From the human T2T-CHM13v2.0 reference genome, Homo sapiens: 64,000 nucleotides of DNA. The notes beneath the pieces are model-generated. The model saw only the letters and a program-made list of their open reading frames with translations, was not told the DNA's origin and did no database searches. This document shows, in pieces, positions 42,096 to 56,760 of this stretch. Made by a program: the position numbers and the translations under genes. The stretch lies in the NCBI RefSeq assembly GCF_009914755.1, contig NC_060927.1. One strand, given 5' to 3'. Position 1 is the stretch's first letter. Each line of letters starts with the position of its first letter.

Positions 42096-43624
42096 TGTTC
42101 CGAGCCCTTTCCAGAATGTACATGGCTTTTCATGAGCTTGAGCAGGTCACCCTAACCTTTGTTTTTCTTATCCTTGTCTAGAAATACTGACCTTTACCAA
42201 AAGCCATTTTTTTTAAGTAAAAATATCAGAGCCTTTTCTTGCTGTGCCTTACAACAGTCGGTGTGTTGTATTTAGTTGTTCTTTTATAACATTTTTTCTT
42301 TGAGGGGGAGGGGAAGTATCTACAGTTTGCATTAGAAGTAATGGGCTTTTTAAAAAAAGATTAAATGAAAGCTAAGGTTGCAGCAGATAGCAAACACAAT
42401 CATCTGGGATTTGTGCCATTAAAAAAAATTCCTTTAGAAAGGGAGAAGTGAAATTTCACTATTTAAATAGCATTTCAGTGCAAGATTGCTTTTAATCACA
42501 TTGTTGTTGAAAGTTTTTATTGCAGTATTTCTAATAAATGTGCCCCTCTGATTATTAAAGTATTTTTTGATTGAAGTTCTAAGAAAAAGAAGCCTGTTAG
42601 TAGACTTAGCAGTTGGAGTTACTGTACTTTTGAGAAAAAGGCAGAGGGTTACATTTATATTCATCTTGTACAGCAGGGATTATAATAAATGAGCAGAAGA
42701 AGGAGAACGATTTTTGCATTTCACCCACTCATAACGTAAAACTAGATTAAGTATTCTTGTTCTTCTTTGTAATAAAGACCCTGCTAGCATGAAATGTTTT
42801 TTTCTCTTATATGTAAGCATATGGCAAGGAAAAAGCACTAGTTCATTATCAATTAGATTCACAATCTTAAAACAGAAACTATTTCCCTCCCAGGTTATAC
42901 AGATGTTTTCCATAATCCTGAACTCCAGTCATGCAACAGAAAAAAAGGTAATGCTTTTAACCAGTGGTCCCCAGGCTTTATATTTCAAACAAGAAAGTTT
43001 CAGAAATAATTTGGGGACTCCAGACATACGGTTGTTGGCAATTTATATGTACTTCCCCTCAAAAAAGTATGAGAACATTGTTTTGGAATAAAGGACAGTC
43101 CTTTAATTGTGAAAAAGCACTGTGGTCTTCGCAGAGAAGAGTATCTATTTTGGTGTTTGAGTACCATAGCTTTAAATCATTATTTCCAAAAGCGTGTTCC
43201 AGGGAACCCTGTTTCTGTGTGCTCTTGGTTGGTGTTATGCAGAAAAGAGGTTCCATATGGCAAGTTTGCAGAAGTTAGCTTTACACAGAGACAGTTCTGG
43301 GAACCCCAGTTCTAGAATTAAGCCTGGGCTCAAATCTAAGATCTAGTAGGTGAGCAATTTGAAGGAAACCGCATAGCTTTACTGAGCCTCACTTGACTCA
43401 GGTATAAAATGAGAATAATGCTAGTAACTAATAGGGGTTGGGAGAATTAAATGATATAATGCAGGTTATCAGTAATGAAAGCACAGTGTCACAAGCACGC
43501 CTTTAATCAAGTCATCAGCCAGGACTGTCAGAGGAGCAGCAGAAAGTGAAATGCCAGTTTTGCTTTAGCACACAAGGTGTAGGCAGTGAGAGGAAACTCT
43601 GGCATGACAGAGTGTAGCAAATGA

Positions 43625-43984
<360 letters not shown>

Positions 43985-44879
43985 TAGTAAAAATGGGAAG
44001 TGGGAGGTGACATTTCTTAGTTCCTCCTTTAGCCACCTCTTTGACTTGCAGAGAGAAGCATGATGTGGGTATTTACTTTTTCCTGCTTATGCAGAGTTGT
44101 ACTTGCTCATCTTCTGGAAGCCTGTAGTTTGTGCTTCTTTATGCTGCTGCTTGTAATGTTTTTCAAACCCCCTTTTTTCTGGGCAAAAAAGGTAAATTAT
44201 AGGCAATGTAATAAAGTCATCATGAAGGTGGGGAGTGGATCAGAAAGATAAATGAGGATCCTACTTACATGATTTTTTTAATGTGTGGTGATAGTCATGG
44301 GGGTTTTCTGCCTGTAGAGGGAATTTAGAAAATTGCCTTTTCAGTTCTTGGAAATTTCCAATTTAACTTAGCAGTTCTTCACTTAAATTACCTTGTTCTT
44401 TTTGGAAACTATATAGGAAGATTGGTTTTAATGGAAAAAATTATTACAGAAGTTAATACATGCTCACTGTAAAGATTTTACTAATAATAGAAGTATGGAA
44501 CACAGAAGCCATCATTCTGTGTAATCCCACTCTGGGCCAATTTTGTATTTTCAGTTACAGGATTTGGACTTAGGGCAAATCACACTCGATCAAGGACACC
44601 TATGTAACTACTTTGGGCAGTTACTGGTAAGCAAAACTGAAACTTGCCAACCTGGTCATTTCACTTTCTGACCAGTTTCAGACCGTGTCCTTTAGTAGGC
44701 CTCAGTGTATTTTGTTTATTTTGTGATTACTGCCTTGAGAATCCTCTGACTGTTTTGCCTTAACTTCACTCATTTAGCTTTTATCCCATGTTCTCTGGGC
44801 CTCATGCTAGGCTAGATAAAGTCTGAGGATACAACTCCACAGAAGGTGAGAAAGCACAGTCCTAACTCCCAAGTCAGGC

Positions 44880-46800
44880 AGTTGGTCAGCAGATACTTAA
44901 GTGCCAGGTTTTCTGATGGGTGTTAGGGATAGAGTGACACAAATCAGATGGAGCCCCAGCCCTCTAGGGAAGTGAGATACAGTAAATACACAAATATTTC
45001 CAAGGACTGTTGAATGCTGTGAAGTCAAAAGTAGGGTAATGAGTTGGGGTTAGGGGGATTCTAACTAACATGATCAAGGAAGACTTTTCTAAGCATTTAA
45101 CATTTGAGCTGAGACCAGAATGCCGAGAAAGAAGTAGCCACAGGCTGGGCGTGGTGGCTCACACTTGTAATCCTAGCACTTTGGGAGACTGAGGCGGGAG
45201 GATCACTTGAGTTTAGGAGTTTGAGACCAGCTTGGCAACATAGTGAGACCCCATCTCTACAAAAAAAATTAGCTGGTCATGGTGACCTGTAATCCCAGCT
45301 ACTCAGGAGGCTGAGGTGGGAGGATCACTTGTGCCCAGGAGGTCGAGGCTGCAGTGAGCTGTGATTGCGCATACTGGACTCCAGCCTGGGCAACAGAGCA
45401 AGACCCTGTCACAAAAAGTAAAAAAGAAAGAAGCAGCCATCAGATCATCTGGAAGGGGCACTCTGAGAAGGGAAGGGGGAGGAATGTAGGGAAATAATGC
45501 TGACAAGGTTAGACTGTAGAGGCCAAGGAAAGGAATTTGGATTTAAGTGTAATGAAAGTTGGGGGGATAGTTGGTGGTTAGGGGTAGCTTCAGCAAGGGA
45601 ATGATCTAATTCATGTTAAGATCACTGGCTAATATGTGGAGGGACTGGCTGACCAGGTTAGAGGTAATAGTGGCTTGGACTTTGCTAATGGCAGTGGTAA
45701 TGCAGAGAGGTTATCCTGTTCAGGATACGTTTGGAGGTGGAGTTTACATGATTTGATGAAAAATTGGATGTGGATGAGGGAGAAATATAAGAATTGGGAT
45801 TTGGGGCTTGAGCAACTGAATGGTACCACTTAATGAACTGAGGAATGCTGGCGAATGTGGGAGACTTAGGGTCAGCAGCTCTGATTTTGGCCACACTGCT
45901 TTTGACGTACTTAGTGGGCATTCATGTGCGGCTGTGGTGTCAGCAGTTGAATACACAATCTGGAGCATGGTGGAGCAGTCTGGGGTGGAGACTGGGTCAG
46001 TCTGTATCCTCAACATACAGAGGACATGGAAAGTCGTGGGACCTAGGTTTGTTTCCTAATATAGGAGTGTCAATAAAGAATCCATTAGGGCCAAGGGCTG
46101 AGCCTTGGGTCCCTCCACAGTGAGGTGGTGGGTGGGCGAGGAGGACTCTTCAGTGAGGCAGTAAGGAAACCAGATGAGTGTGATGGTGGTGAATCTGGGA
46201 AGAGAGAAGAACATGCTTTAAGTGAGGAGTGATGGTCTCTGTTATATGCTGCTGTGAAGTAAAGTCAGGCCAGAGAATCGATCTCTGGCTTTGACAGTAT
46301 GAAGGTCATTAATGACCTTAATCTGGAGAGTTGGGGAGGCAGAACCCTCATTGTATGGGGAAGTGATAGCCTGAGCTGAAGAAGTGGAGAGGGCAAGTAT
46401 GGACAGCTTTTTAAAGGGTTTCACTTTGAAAGGGGATTGGAGAAATGAGGCAGTAGCAGGATGAAGACATGGGGTAAAGGATCTAAGGGAATGATGAGGA
46501 GGTTTGTTTTATTTTATTTGGATAGTATTAGGGAATGTTTGTCTGCCACTGGGAATGATCCAAGAGTAAGGGATAATTGGTCACATGTGAAAAGAATTGA
46601 TAATCACAAGTATAGTACCTTGAGTTGGAAAAAGGAGATGCAACTCAGAGTCCACATGGACAGGCTGGTTTTGGATGGAATCAGAGACTTTATCACATTC
46701 TCATGAGAGGAAAAGCATATGGATTCAGTTGCAGGTAGGGATGTAGAATTGTGGAATAAGATGGTTAGTTCATTCTCGTCATTTCTGTGAAGGAAGAGGG
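44880..46800 (-). mobile_element. Fragmented L2, with AluJ (+, 45143-45430)
   Basis: acatttgagctgagacc; gaaggtcattaatgacctt; Alu TSD aaagaag(t/c)agcca. Confidence 0.7.
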
Positions 46801-46918
46801 AAGTTGGGAGATCATCTGTTCACAGTAAGAGGAAGAGTTTTGTCTTCCTTTTTAAGTATCCAGTCAAGGATACAGGGATACAGCCAAGTAACAACAGACA
46901 TTTATGCATCCTTTGTAG

Positions 46919-47241
46919 TAGGGATCCCCAACTTCTCGGCTGTGGATCAGTACCCGCCTATGGCCTGTTAGGAAACAGGCCACACAGCAGGAGGTAAGTG
47001 GGGGTGGGGGACTGAGCATTACTGCCTGAGCTCCACGTCCTGTCAGATCAATGGCATTAGATTCTCATAGGAGCACAAACTCTGTTGTGAACTGTCCATG
47101 CCTGGGATCTAGGTTGCGTGCTCATTATGAGAATCTAATGCCTGATGATCTGAGGTTCCCCTGACCCCCCCAACCCTGGTCAGTGGAAAAATTGTCTTCC
47201 ACGAAACTGGTCTCTGGTGTCATAAAGATTGGGGACTGCTG
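46919..47241. mobile_element. MER1B-type hAT-Charlie element
   Basis: TIR-like gggatcccca...ttggggactgctg; internal ggcattagattctcataggagc. Confidence 0.85.
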
Positions 47242-47764
47242 CTTCAGAGGCTTCCCAGCACCCTTAGAAGAAAATGTAAACTCCCTAGCAAGGCCTGGAT
47301 AGTGGGAGTGTGTGCCCAGAAAATCAGAAATCTCAGCAACTTGAGGTGGAATCCTGTCAGAGCACTGGGGTGAAGAAGTAGAGATCAGGAAAGGAAGGCT
47401 TCCTGGAAGAGGCGAATGGGGAGAGTTGGAGAGTTAGCCAGTCTGGTGTGGAAGCAGCTTGTGAGGCTGGGGCATCAGTGTGTGGGAGCCTGGAACTTGT
47501 TGCAGCCTTGGCAGGTAGGTAGTGGAGGACAGGAGATGGGAGTAGATATGTTTGAAAGATCACTATGGTAGCATTGTAGAAATGAATTGGTGGTAGCTAA
47601 AGTTAAGGGCCAGTTGGGCATGTAGCCACCTCCCTAATGTGAAATCCCCAAGTTTCTAGGTAATGATAAATGGAGGAAGTGGAATTTTAAAATGTACTTA
47701 TACAATCAAATGAATCAAAATGAATTGTTTCTCCCCGGTAAAACCCTTTAATGGTTTCTATTTG

Positions 47765-48235
47765 CTTGCCTTTGTTCGTTCATACAACACATATTTATTG
47801 AGCATCTACTTTGTGCTAGGTATTTTCAGGAAAACAACAGCAAAGAACTGCCCTCTAAAGGTTTATTTTAGTGGAGGAGACAGGCAACAACAACGAGTTA
47901 AAGAAAAGTATATGGCAGGTGGTAAGGGGTGTTTTGGAAAAAGATGAAGTATGGGAAATACAATTTTAAATGGGGTGAGAAGGGATTTTCTGAGTCGTGA
48001 CTTGTAGGATGTGAGAGCTTCAGTCGTGCATATTGTGGATAAGCTTTCACACAGAAGGAACAGCAAATCTGAAGTCTCTGGTTGGAGAAGACCTGGTGTT
48101 TTGAAGAACAGCAGGGGGCGGAGTGGCTGGAGAGGCCAGTGTGGAGAGAATGCTGTGGAAAAAGGTCAGGTGCTGAAGGGTTATGAGTGAGTTGGGCAGG
48201 CAGATCACACAGGGCCTTGTAGCCCACTGAAAATC
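47765..48235 (-). mobile_element. L2 3' fragment
   Basis: catacaacacatatttattgagcatctac. Confidence 0.7.
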
Positions 48236-48397
48236 CAAATCCTTTACTGTTGCCTACAGGCTCCACTTGGGCTTTTTCCCACTCCTCAGTTCTTGCATAT
48301 GCTCTTCCCACTGACGGGCTACTGCTTCTCCTGCTGCCCCACACCTCTTCCCTGATGGTTTCTTCTAAACCTGCTAGACTTAGGTTAAGTGTCACCG

Positions 48398-48832
48398 TTT
48401 TTTTTAATTTGTCCTAATGCTCTCCCTCCCCTTGCCCCCCAATGCCCAACAGGCTCCAGTGTGTCATGTTCCCCTCCCTGTGTCCATGTGTTCTCATTGT
48501 TCAACTCCTACTTATGGGTGAGAACATGCGGTGTTTGGTTTTCTGTTCCTGTGTTAGTTGGCTAAGACTGATGGCTTCCACCTTCATCCATGTCCCTGCA
48601 AAGGACGTGAACTCATTCTTTTTATGGCTGCATAGTATTCCATGGTGTGTATGTGCCGCATTTTCTTTATGCAGTCTATCATTCATGGGCATTTGGGTTG
48701 GTTCCAAGTGTTGCTATTGTAAATAGTGTTACAGTAAACATACGTGTACGTGTGCCTTTATAGTAGAATGATTTATAATACTTTGGGTATATACCTAGTA
48801 ATGGGACTGCTGGGTCAAATGTATTTCTGGTA
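48398..48832 (-). mobile_element. L1PA (older primate) 3'UTR fragment
   Basis: gtgagaacatgcggtgtttggttttctgttcctg; atggctgcatagtattccatggtg. Confidence 0.93.
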
Positions 48833-49771
48833 GGAGTCACCTTTTTGAATTTTCCACATCACTCTCTATATTGCTTTATAGCCATTATCAAAAGATATCC
48901 ATTGCTGTCTGGTGTCAACATAAACCAAGCCATCACTCTTGCTGAAAGGTGCTGTTATTGTTAGATTTGGGGTATAAATGCCAGGTAGAAGGAATTATCA
49001 TGAGAAGTGTTTACATAGGTCTTGGCTAATTTGCACAATTGGCCCGGAGGGGGAAAACAGTATAGACCACCCACTAATAATAATTCTTGTTGAAGGAGGG
49101 AGATAACATTCACGGCATAACACTCCCCTGTTGGTGATAGAGTGTGGTTCGTCTTTGGTTCCAGTGTCCTGGTATTCTTTTTTGATTGAGTAACAATAAG
49201 CCGTGAAGAGAGAAATGGTTTTGGAATAGCTGGTATATACAAATAAATGACGGTGTGCTTGAATCCCTCTGTTACATCACCAGGGTTTTCTTTCCCAAGA
49301 TAAACTCTGTGCTTTTTTCCAGCCTCTGAATAGGATATTTATTTTCTCCCTTCCCTTTATTTCTGTTTCTAGGCCTTTTTCTTTCCACTCTGATGAACTA
49401 CTGTACTGGAGACAGACTCGGTGTCTGCTGTAGATTTTAAATGCTACACTTTCTGTTCCTCTTATCTTAGCCCCATGTCTGGTGAGCTTTTCATTGTTAA
49501 CTGGCAGCTGCGATGGCTATTTCTTCAAAAGATGTTGTTGTTTGGTAGATGTTTTCTTAAAAGCTGGTGGCTGTTGCTGAAAATAATCTGTGTTGTGTGA
49601 GTTTATAATCTATTCATGAATCATATTCTCATTGTGGTTGTAGTTACGCTAGGGTAACAAATACAACAATTAATTTTTTTATTCATCAGTGCTGGGTAGT
49701 CTTTGTAGAAATTTCACAAAGATCCTCTTTTTTTCTTCACTAGTAATTCTGAAGTAAAAATAGCTACTGAA

Positions 49772-49942
<171 letters not shown>

Positions 49943-50109
49943 TTATATATAGGATTTAGATAGATGGCAATCAAGAATTATGAACATGTGACAAATCCTT
50001 ATAGCTATGTGGTTGCATACCCATTTTTTTTTTTGAGTGCCAAGGTATTTTTGAAAAGTAATTGATAACTTAAAAAATTAAGCATCTTAGACAATACCTG
50101 GTAGAAAGT

Positions 50110-50330
50110 AGTGGTAGTAATAATAGTAGCTCTCATTCTTTGAGCACTTACTGTGTGTGTCACGCACTGAGTAAAGAGCTTTACATGGACTGCCTCAATC
50201 CTTACAGCAGTAGTCTGAAACAGGTATTTATATTATCCCCGTTTTAAAGAGGAAACTGAGGCTCAGGAAAGTTACACTGTCCCAAATCTCACTGCTTATG
50301 AGTGGCAAAGCTGCGATTCCTGGTCTGGCT
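50110..50330 (-). mobile_element. MIR
   Basis: gaggaaactgaggctcag core. Confidence 0.8.
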
Positions 50331-50864
50331 CACCCCATGGCCAGATGGTTCCCTGATTTATCAATTCAGCAGTGGCTTATTTCTGCATGTTGAGCTGACA
50401 TTTGTGGGGACAACAGGAATAGGCTTTTATTTATTGGTAAATGAGTAAAGCATCAGGCGCACTCCAGAGAGCAGTTTAAAATCAGGGAATTTGCTTGGTT
50501 AATGTTTTAGATAATAGCAGCAGTAGTGAAGTTCTGGTGGAGAGGGGGAAATGGATTATGTCAGGACCTTGGGCCTAAAACCTTTGCGAGGCTTGAGTGT
50601 GCATATTAGTCCACATAAGGGTTCATCTAAACTCTGTAGGGTATATAGTTTGTAGAATGCATGGTGGAGAAATGGTTAACTCTGAGAAAGCAAATCCTAA
50701 TGGTTAGTTGAGACAGGTGAAAACAATTCAGAAATTAAACATAAAAGGGAAATGGCGTATTTATTACCCACTTAGGACAATGTCTACATCTGAGAAGATA
50801 AACACAACTATTACAACATTTTAGAATAATGCATGGAAATCATTGTAATCCAAAGATTATCTAG

Positions 50865-51188
<324 letters not shown>

Positions 51189-52150
51189 TGCCTTTCTTTT
51201 GAGAATTAGAATTGTTAATTTTTACTCGTACCCATTAAGCAAGGCTCTGGTTGATATTAAGTAACTAAGTAGATTGATCTGACCTCTCATTCTTTTTTCC
51301 CCATCTCTGCTTGCCCGGGTGGTAATGCTACCCAGAAAGGAAATAAGTTCAAACAACAACAAAGGACAGAACTTTTCATCAGATATTTTCTTTAGACTTG
51401 GTCATGTTACATTACTGTGGCCTTACCTGTGTGTGTCAGGGCGGGCACAAGGCCGATGGGAGTTTGCTCAAAGACCAGGCCAGCTTGCTCTCTCTGACCG
51501 CAGAGCCTGTCCCAGAACCCTGTCCTTGGCTCATCACACAGTGGTTCACACTGTATATTGCCAGTGAGCTGACTGACAAGTAGTGGAGAGATGACTGAGA
51601 GGCTCCCCGATCCATCCACAGGAACTGGGAATTACCTGCCCAGTAGTCTTTGGCAGGAATCTAGGGTTTTGAAATGGTTATGACTAAATAGGACATAATT
51701 TTTTTAACATGAAAAATGGGTCTTAATATATATTTTAATGGTTCTGAAATAGTGCCGAGGACTTTGAGAGGTCAGGCTTTAATGCTTGATTTGGTAAAAT
51801 TTACCAGCCCCTGTTCAGAGACAGATTTTCCTTGCATTTTAAAAGATAAGTTTTTATTTTTATTCCCAAATCCCCAGGAAATTTTAAGTGCTGTCAGTTT
51901 TGTGAAAAGGTAACTAGAGAGTGAGTAGGGAATATACCTTGCAAGCTATTGGTTTGGCCTCATTACTCAAATTCTTATTTGCCTGATGAAGATATCCTGT
52001 AATAGGATCCCTTTGTGTGTAGCCCCTCCACAGCTTTCCCTGGAAGGCCTTGGCCATGATTCTGTCTATATCTGGGCACTGTCAAATGAAGAGAGAAGTC
52101 CAGAGTGGAAGAATAGCCACTTGATCTTTTTCAAATCCCAGAGTTTACAA

Positions 52151-52446
52151 TTTTTTTTTTTTTTTTGAAGATGGAGTCTCGCTCTGTTGCCCAGGCTGGA
52201 GTGCAGTGGCGCAATCTTGGCTCACTGCAAGCTCCGCCTCCCGGGTTCACCCCATTCTGCCTTAGCCCCCTGAGTAGCTGGGACTACAGGCGCCCACGAC
52301 CACGCCCGGCTAATTTTTTTTGTATTTTTATTAGAGACGGGGTTTCTCCGTGTTAGCCAGGATGGTCTCAATCTCCTGACCTCATGATCCGCCCGCCTTG
52401 GCCTCTCAAAGTGCTGGGATTACAGGCATGAGCCACCGCACCCGGC
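52151..52446 (-). mobile_element. AluY
   Basis: gcaagctccgcctcccgggttcac; TSD agtttacaa. Confidence 0.93.
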
Positions 52447-52716
52447 AAGTTTACAAAATTTTTAATGGATTCGAATGTATCTGTACTGCTTAAGAATTTT
52501 TGCACCAAGTTTTAGGACACTAGACAGGTGGCTACTTCTGTGAAGATACAATAAGAACTTGCGCATTGATTTTGTTAAATATGGCTGTTGATTGCCGTAT
52601 GTGGCTTGGGAGAGTAGAATGATGCTGTTTCAAAGAACTGCTAAGAAAAGGTGAGACACAAGGATCTAGAAGAGGTGGACCCTTAACGCTGGAGTTAATG
52701 GTATATACAGTAGAAG

Positions 52717-52857
52717 TTTTGTTTGTTTGTTTGTTTGTTTGAGAGAAGGTCTCACTGTGTTGCCCAGGCTGATCTTGAACTCCTGGGCTCAAGCATTCCT
52801 CCTGCCTCGGTGTCCCAAAGTGCTGGGATTATAGGCGTGAGCCACCACATCCAGCCT
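52717..52857 (-). mobile_element. FLAM / left Alu monomer
   Basis: Monomer, (TTTG)n tail, TSD tacag(t/c)agaagttt. Confidence 0.88.
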
Positions 52858-55800
52858 ACAGCAGAAGTTTGCTGATTTATTGTTTCTAGTGCTGATCTTC
52901 TTGCTGTTACTAACTTGTAAACACCCGCCCCCCCAAAAAAAAGTAGAGGAGAAAGCATGAAGCTTAATTACCCCAAGTTGTATTATAACTCTGATAAAGG
53001 TTTTGTAGGCAATAGCTGTGAATACCCATGTGTGGAATCTATGCTTATAGTGTGTCTGGCCTTGACTAGGTTGTCAGGGGCTCAGGGAGAGCCCCTGGAG
53101 GCCATAGAGGACACTTCGGGACTTTCTCTTGCTACAGAGAGCAAACTGAAGGCCCCTGGCTAATGAGGCCGCTACAGGTCTGATCCAGTGTTCTCTTTTC
53201 CTTATGGCCTTTTTGTCTTCTCTTCAGAGAAAAGGAACATTATTGCCATCTATTTTTTTATTTTTTCAAATACCCTTGACTGTATTTATTCTGTATTAGG
53301 TGATCTCCTTTGTCTCCACCCATACCCTCTTTAAATTGCCCCACTGCCCCTGAAACTTTTACTTTAGGAAAAGAGTTTACATTAAATGCTGCTCTCTTTT
53401 AGTGTCTCCCTTGTCATTTAGGTGACATGGGTGGCAGATGTAAGTTTTAACGATAATAAAACTGTGTCAAAGGAAAGAGAAGCCTGAAGTTTGGAAGTAG
53501 ACACAGGAAGGACGAGGGTGTGGGCTTTGAAATCAGGGATTCTCAAACTGGGGTTATTTGAGCAATGGGAGGTCCTTGCATCACTTCATGTATATGTGCA
53601 AAATATTGGCCATATTTACCTGAGTACAGTTTTGTAGGGAGAGAAAATATACCTTCCAACAGATTTTCAAAAGCCCTCATGACTCAATAGTGTTTAGCAC
53701 CACCAATGAATATCCAAAGTGTTTTTTTATAAGATCATCACAAATTTCCATTATTATTTTACTTGTACTTAAAGCAGGTGTTTGTGCAGGTTCCCATATT
53801 CAAGGTAATTAAAAAATTTTTTAATTTGGTTTCTAAATGTTTTGTTTTGCTTAGTGCATTCACTGCTGTGTTTTCTGCAATATTAATTACAGAAACATAC
53901 AGTATTTTGGCTGCATTAAAAGTTAAGAGTCAGAAGTAGGCCAGGCTGAGAAGATGAACCTTTTTTTGTCATAGTAATACCACATAGGCATGCATCATTT
54001 CAGATAGACAAAAAAATTTCAGTCCTACCTGAGGTTTTGGAACTGAAGTTATTTGTAAATTAAGGGCAAATGGGAGACAGACTTTAGGACTTGAGGTGGC
54101 AGCCAGGGTGATCTTTCTAATACTCTCATATAATAGGGTCTTGTTTTTAAATGACTTCATTGATTGCCATTGCCCTTAGGGTAAAGGTAAAACTACTTAA
54201 TGTGGCTGGTGGACAGTGTTGTATTTGCCTAAGGCCACCACAGCCTCTAAACTCCTTGGCTTTTTCACAGGTTATGTGCTGTCCCTGTGTAGGTACACTT
54301 TCCTTTTTCCCAGACAATTTCCCTCTGCTCCTTTCCCGTGACCCCTTTCCCCAAGAAAGAGAAAATTACTTCTCATCTCTTAGATCGGGGCTTAGGCAGT
54401 AGTTCTTCCAGGCAGCTTCCCCAGGCCTCTGGTCCAGTTTTATGTCTGCTCCTTGCTTTTTGTGTTCAGCCATAGGGAGATTGTTACATGTCATCACAGA
54501 TAGATCTGTCTAATTTTATTCAACTACCACCTAGTTTTTGGTATTATGGGTGTGCTATTCTTGTTTAAACTTGACCTTTATGGATGGACATACAGACTCT
54601 TGGCAGTGTTGCTGCTTTTACCGACAGTCCTACAGTTATTTTTACAAGTTTATTTGCAGTAGTGATGCTTTTGTTTGCTTGTTTTGTAAGTAAACTCAGA
54701 CAACTTAAGAGTGTATCTAAAGAGGTAATGTCAAAGTGCCCTCCAAAAAGGCTCTACTAGTTTCAGGTGTCAGAGGTCTATCTAGATGACAGAGAAGTAT
54801 GTTTTATGGCTAGGGACATGTTTCCTTTCTCTCTGAGTCTCTCCCTAAGGAACTGGCAGGCTCTACCTTTTTTTCCTGTGTCTCCCTTTCTTCAAGTTTT
54901 GGGCTGTTGAAATTATAGTTTTCTGTCCTGTAGAAACTTAGAGCCCTGTGATTTTAAAATGCAGTCTGACCTTCAAAGTAGTCAATGTTGTTGTTAAAGG
55001 AAGAATTAATTGTAGGCTTCCTGGTTATAATAATGTTCTTCATCCAGCATCTGAAAGTACCTAGGACATTAGCTTTTTTAATCCACACAAAATCTGAGGT
55101 ACAGTTTTTGCCACCTTGTTGTTGACTTTCTTCATGTACTCTGCAAGCCCTGGCCTCCACAGTCTCAAAAGCAAAAACTGTTTTTGCCTCCCTCAAGAAA
55201 GTCTGTGATGAGTGAACTATATATCTTGTAACAAGATTTTGGGGTTGAACAGGAAACAAAATGTTAAGTGACTATAGTTTCAGCTACTTTTCTTTTGCAA
55301 AAAAGGGAAGTAAAATTTCCCTGTGACTGTGGTAATGTCCCTTGTATCCCTCTCAATTAAGTGGTATTCTCTACTGGGTATTGAAATAAACCTGTGCAAA
55401 GTAGTTTGTTATATAACATTTAATGGGCAATAAAGGGGTGCGCAGTGGTTCCTGCTGAATGGGTAGTCAAGTTGATGCTTCATAACTGTCGTTACCTATT
55501 GGAGGGAGTGGCTAGTTGATTTTCTCTTTTCTGTTGTTTTTTTTTTTCCTAAATTAGCCAGTATGGTTATTTATTTTAAGATATGACCCTGGGTTTTCCA
55601 AAACAGTGGTGATTGGAAATTGCGTAGTTGGTTGAATCACAAATGTTGTACTTAAAAAGCTACTTATGTTCATCATTGTTTTTAGAATCATCAATTGGCC
55701 TAACTCCTTTGCAGCTAATTGCTGACACTGTATTCGTATTGAGAAGCCAAAGACTAATTCCTCCAGGAGCTGGGGAAGTCTGAAACCACCCCCTTGTGTC

Positions 55801-56424
55801 CTGTCCTTTCATACTTCTTGCCTGCTGGCAGCCTCTTCCACCTCCCACAGCCTACTCATTCCTGCCTACTCGGAGGCTATGATAGAGTCTGGCCTCTTTG
55901 GCGCACAGTGTCCTGATGATTTGCCGCTTCTGGGAAGAAGATTCACAGAGGGAAAGAACTGCTGGTTTTCTGGGTTCTTGGGGGCAGGGGATGTTTTTGT
56001 TTATGCTTATGGGAACCACTCTGAGCCATGGGTGGAGAAATCATACAGTCATCCTACTTCTTTCCAGAGATCAAAATTGAATAGGGGTGGGGCACTAGGA
56101 AAGAGATGTTCTTGGTGAGAGGCAGAAAGAGAATATTTCTAGATGGGAACTGAAGGAATAGAGAGTGAATTGAGGAGTATTATGTTGTGGTGACTCAGTT
56201 TTTAAAGTACTTCCTCTCTGAGTTCCTGTAATCACCAAGAATTTTGTAGGAACTTAATGTTTGTTGCACAGCAGCATCAGATTTCTGGGTTAGAGTCCCT
56301 ACCGCACTTACCACAGACCTTGGGCAAGTTATTTAACACCTTTTTGTTTCAGTTTCCTCAAAGTGGGCATGGATTTGAATTGTGTCTCCCCCATAGGGCT
56401 CTTACGAGAATGCTTTAATTAATG

Positions 56425-56642
56425 TAGAGTTTCTCAGTCTCAACACTGTTGACATTTGGGCTCAGATAATTCTTTATTGTGAGAGAATGTTCTATGCATT
56501 GTAGGATTACAGTAGTTAATCTTGCTGTGTGTTAGCAGCCTCTCTGGCCTCTACCACTGGATTCTAGTTGTGACAACCAAAAATGTCTGCAAACGTTGCC
56601 AGTGTTTCCTGGGGGCAAAATTGTCTGTGCTTGAAAACCACA
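56425..56642. mobile_element. MER20 (hAT-Charlie) inserted in a MIR
   Basis: tttctcagtctcaacactgttgacatttgggg...gtgacaaccaaaaatgtct...gggggcaaaattg. Confidence 0.85.
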
Positions 56643-56733
56643 ACTTTAATATATAGAAAGCCCTGAGCACAGTGCCTGGTATGTAGAAATGTTCTTCAGT
56701 GTTTACTGCATAGTAGGTAGCTTAGTAAAGGTA

Positions 56734-56760
56734 ATGAATGAATGAATGAATGAATGAATG
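56734..56760. repeat. (AATG)n, typical L2/MIR tail
   Basis: Direct. Confidence 0.85.
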
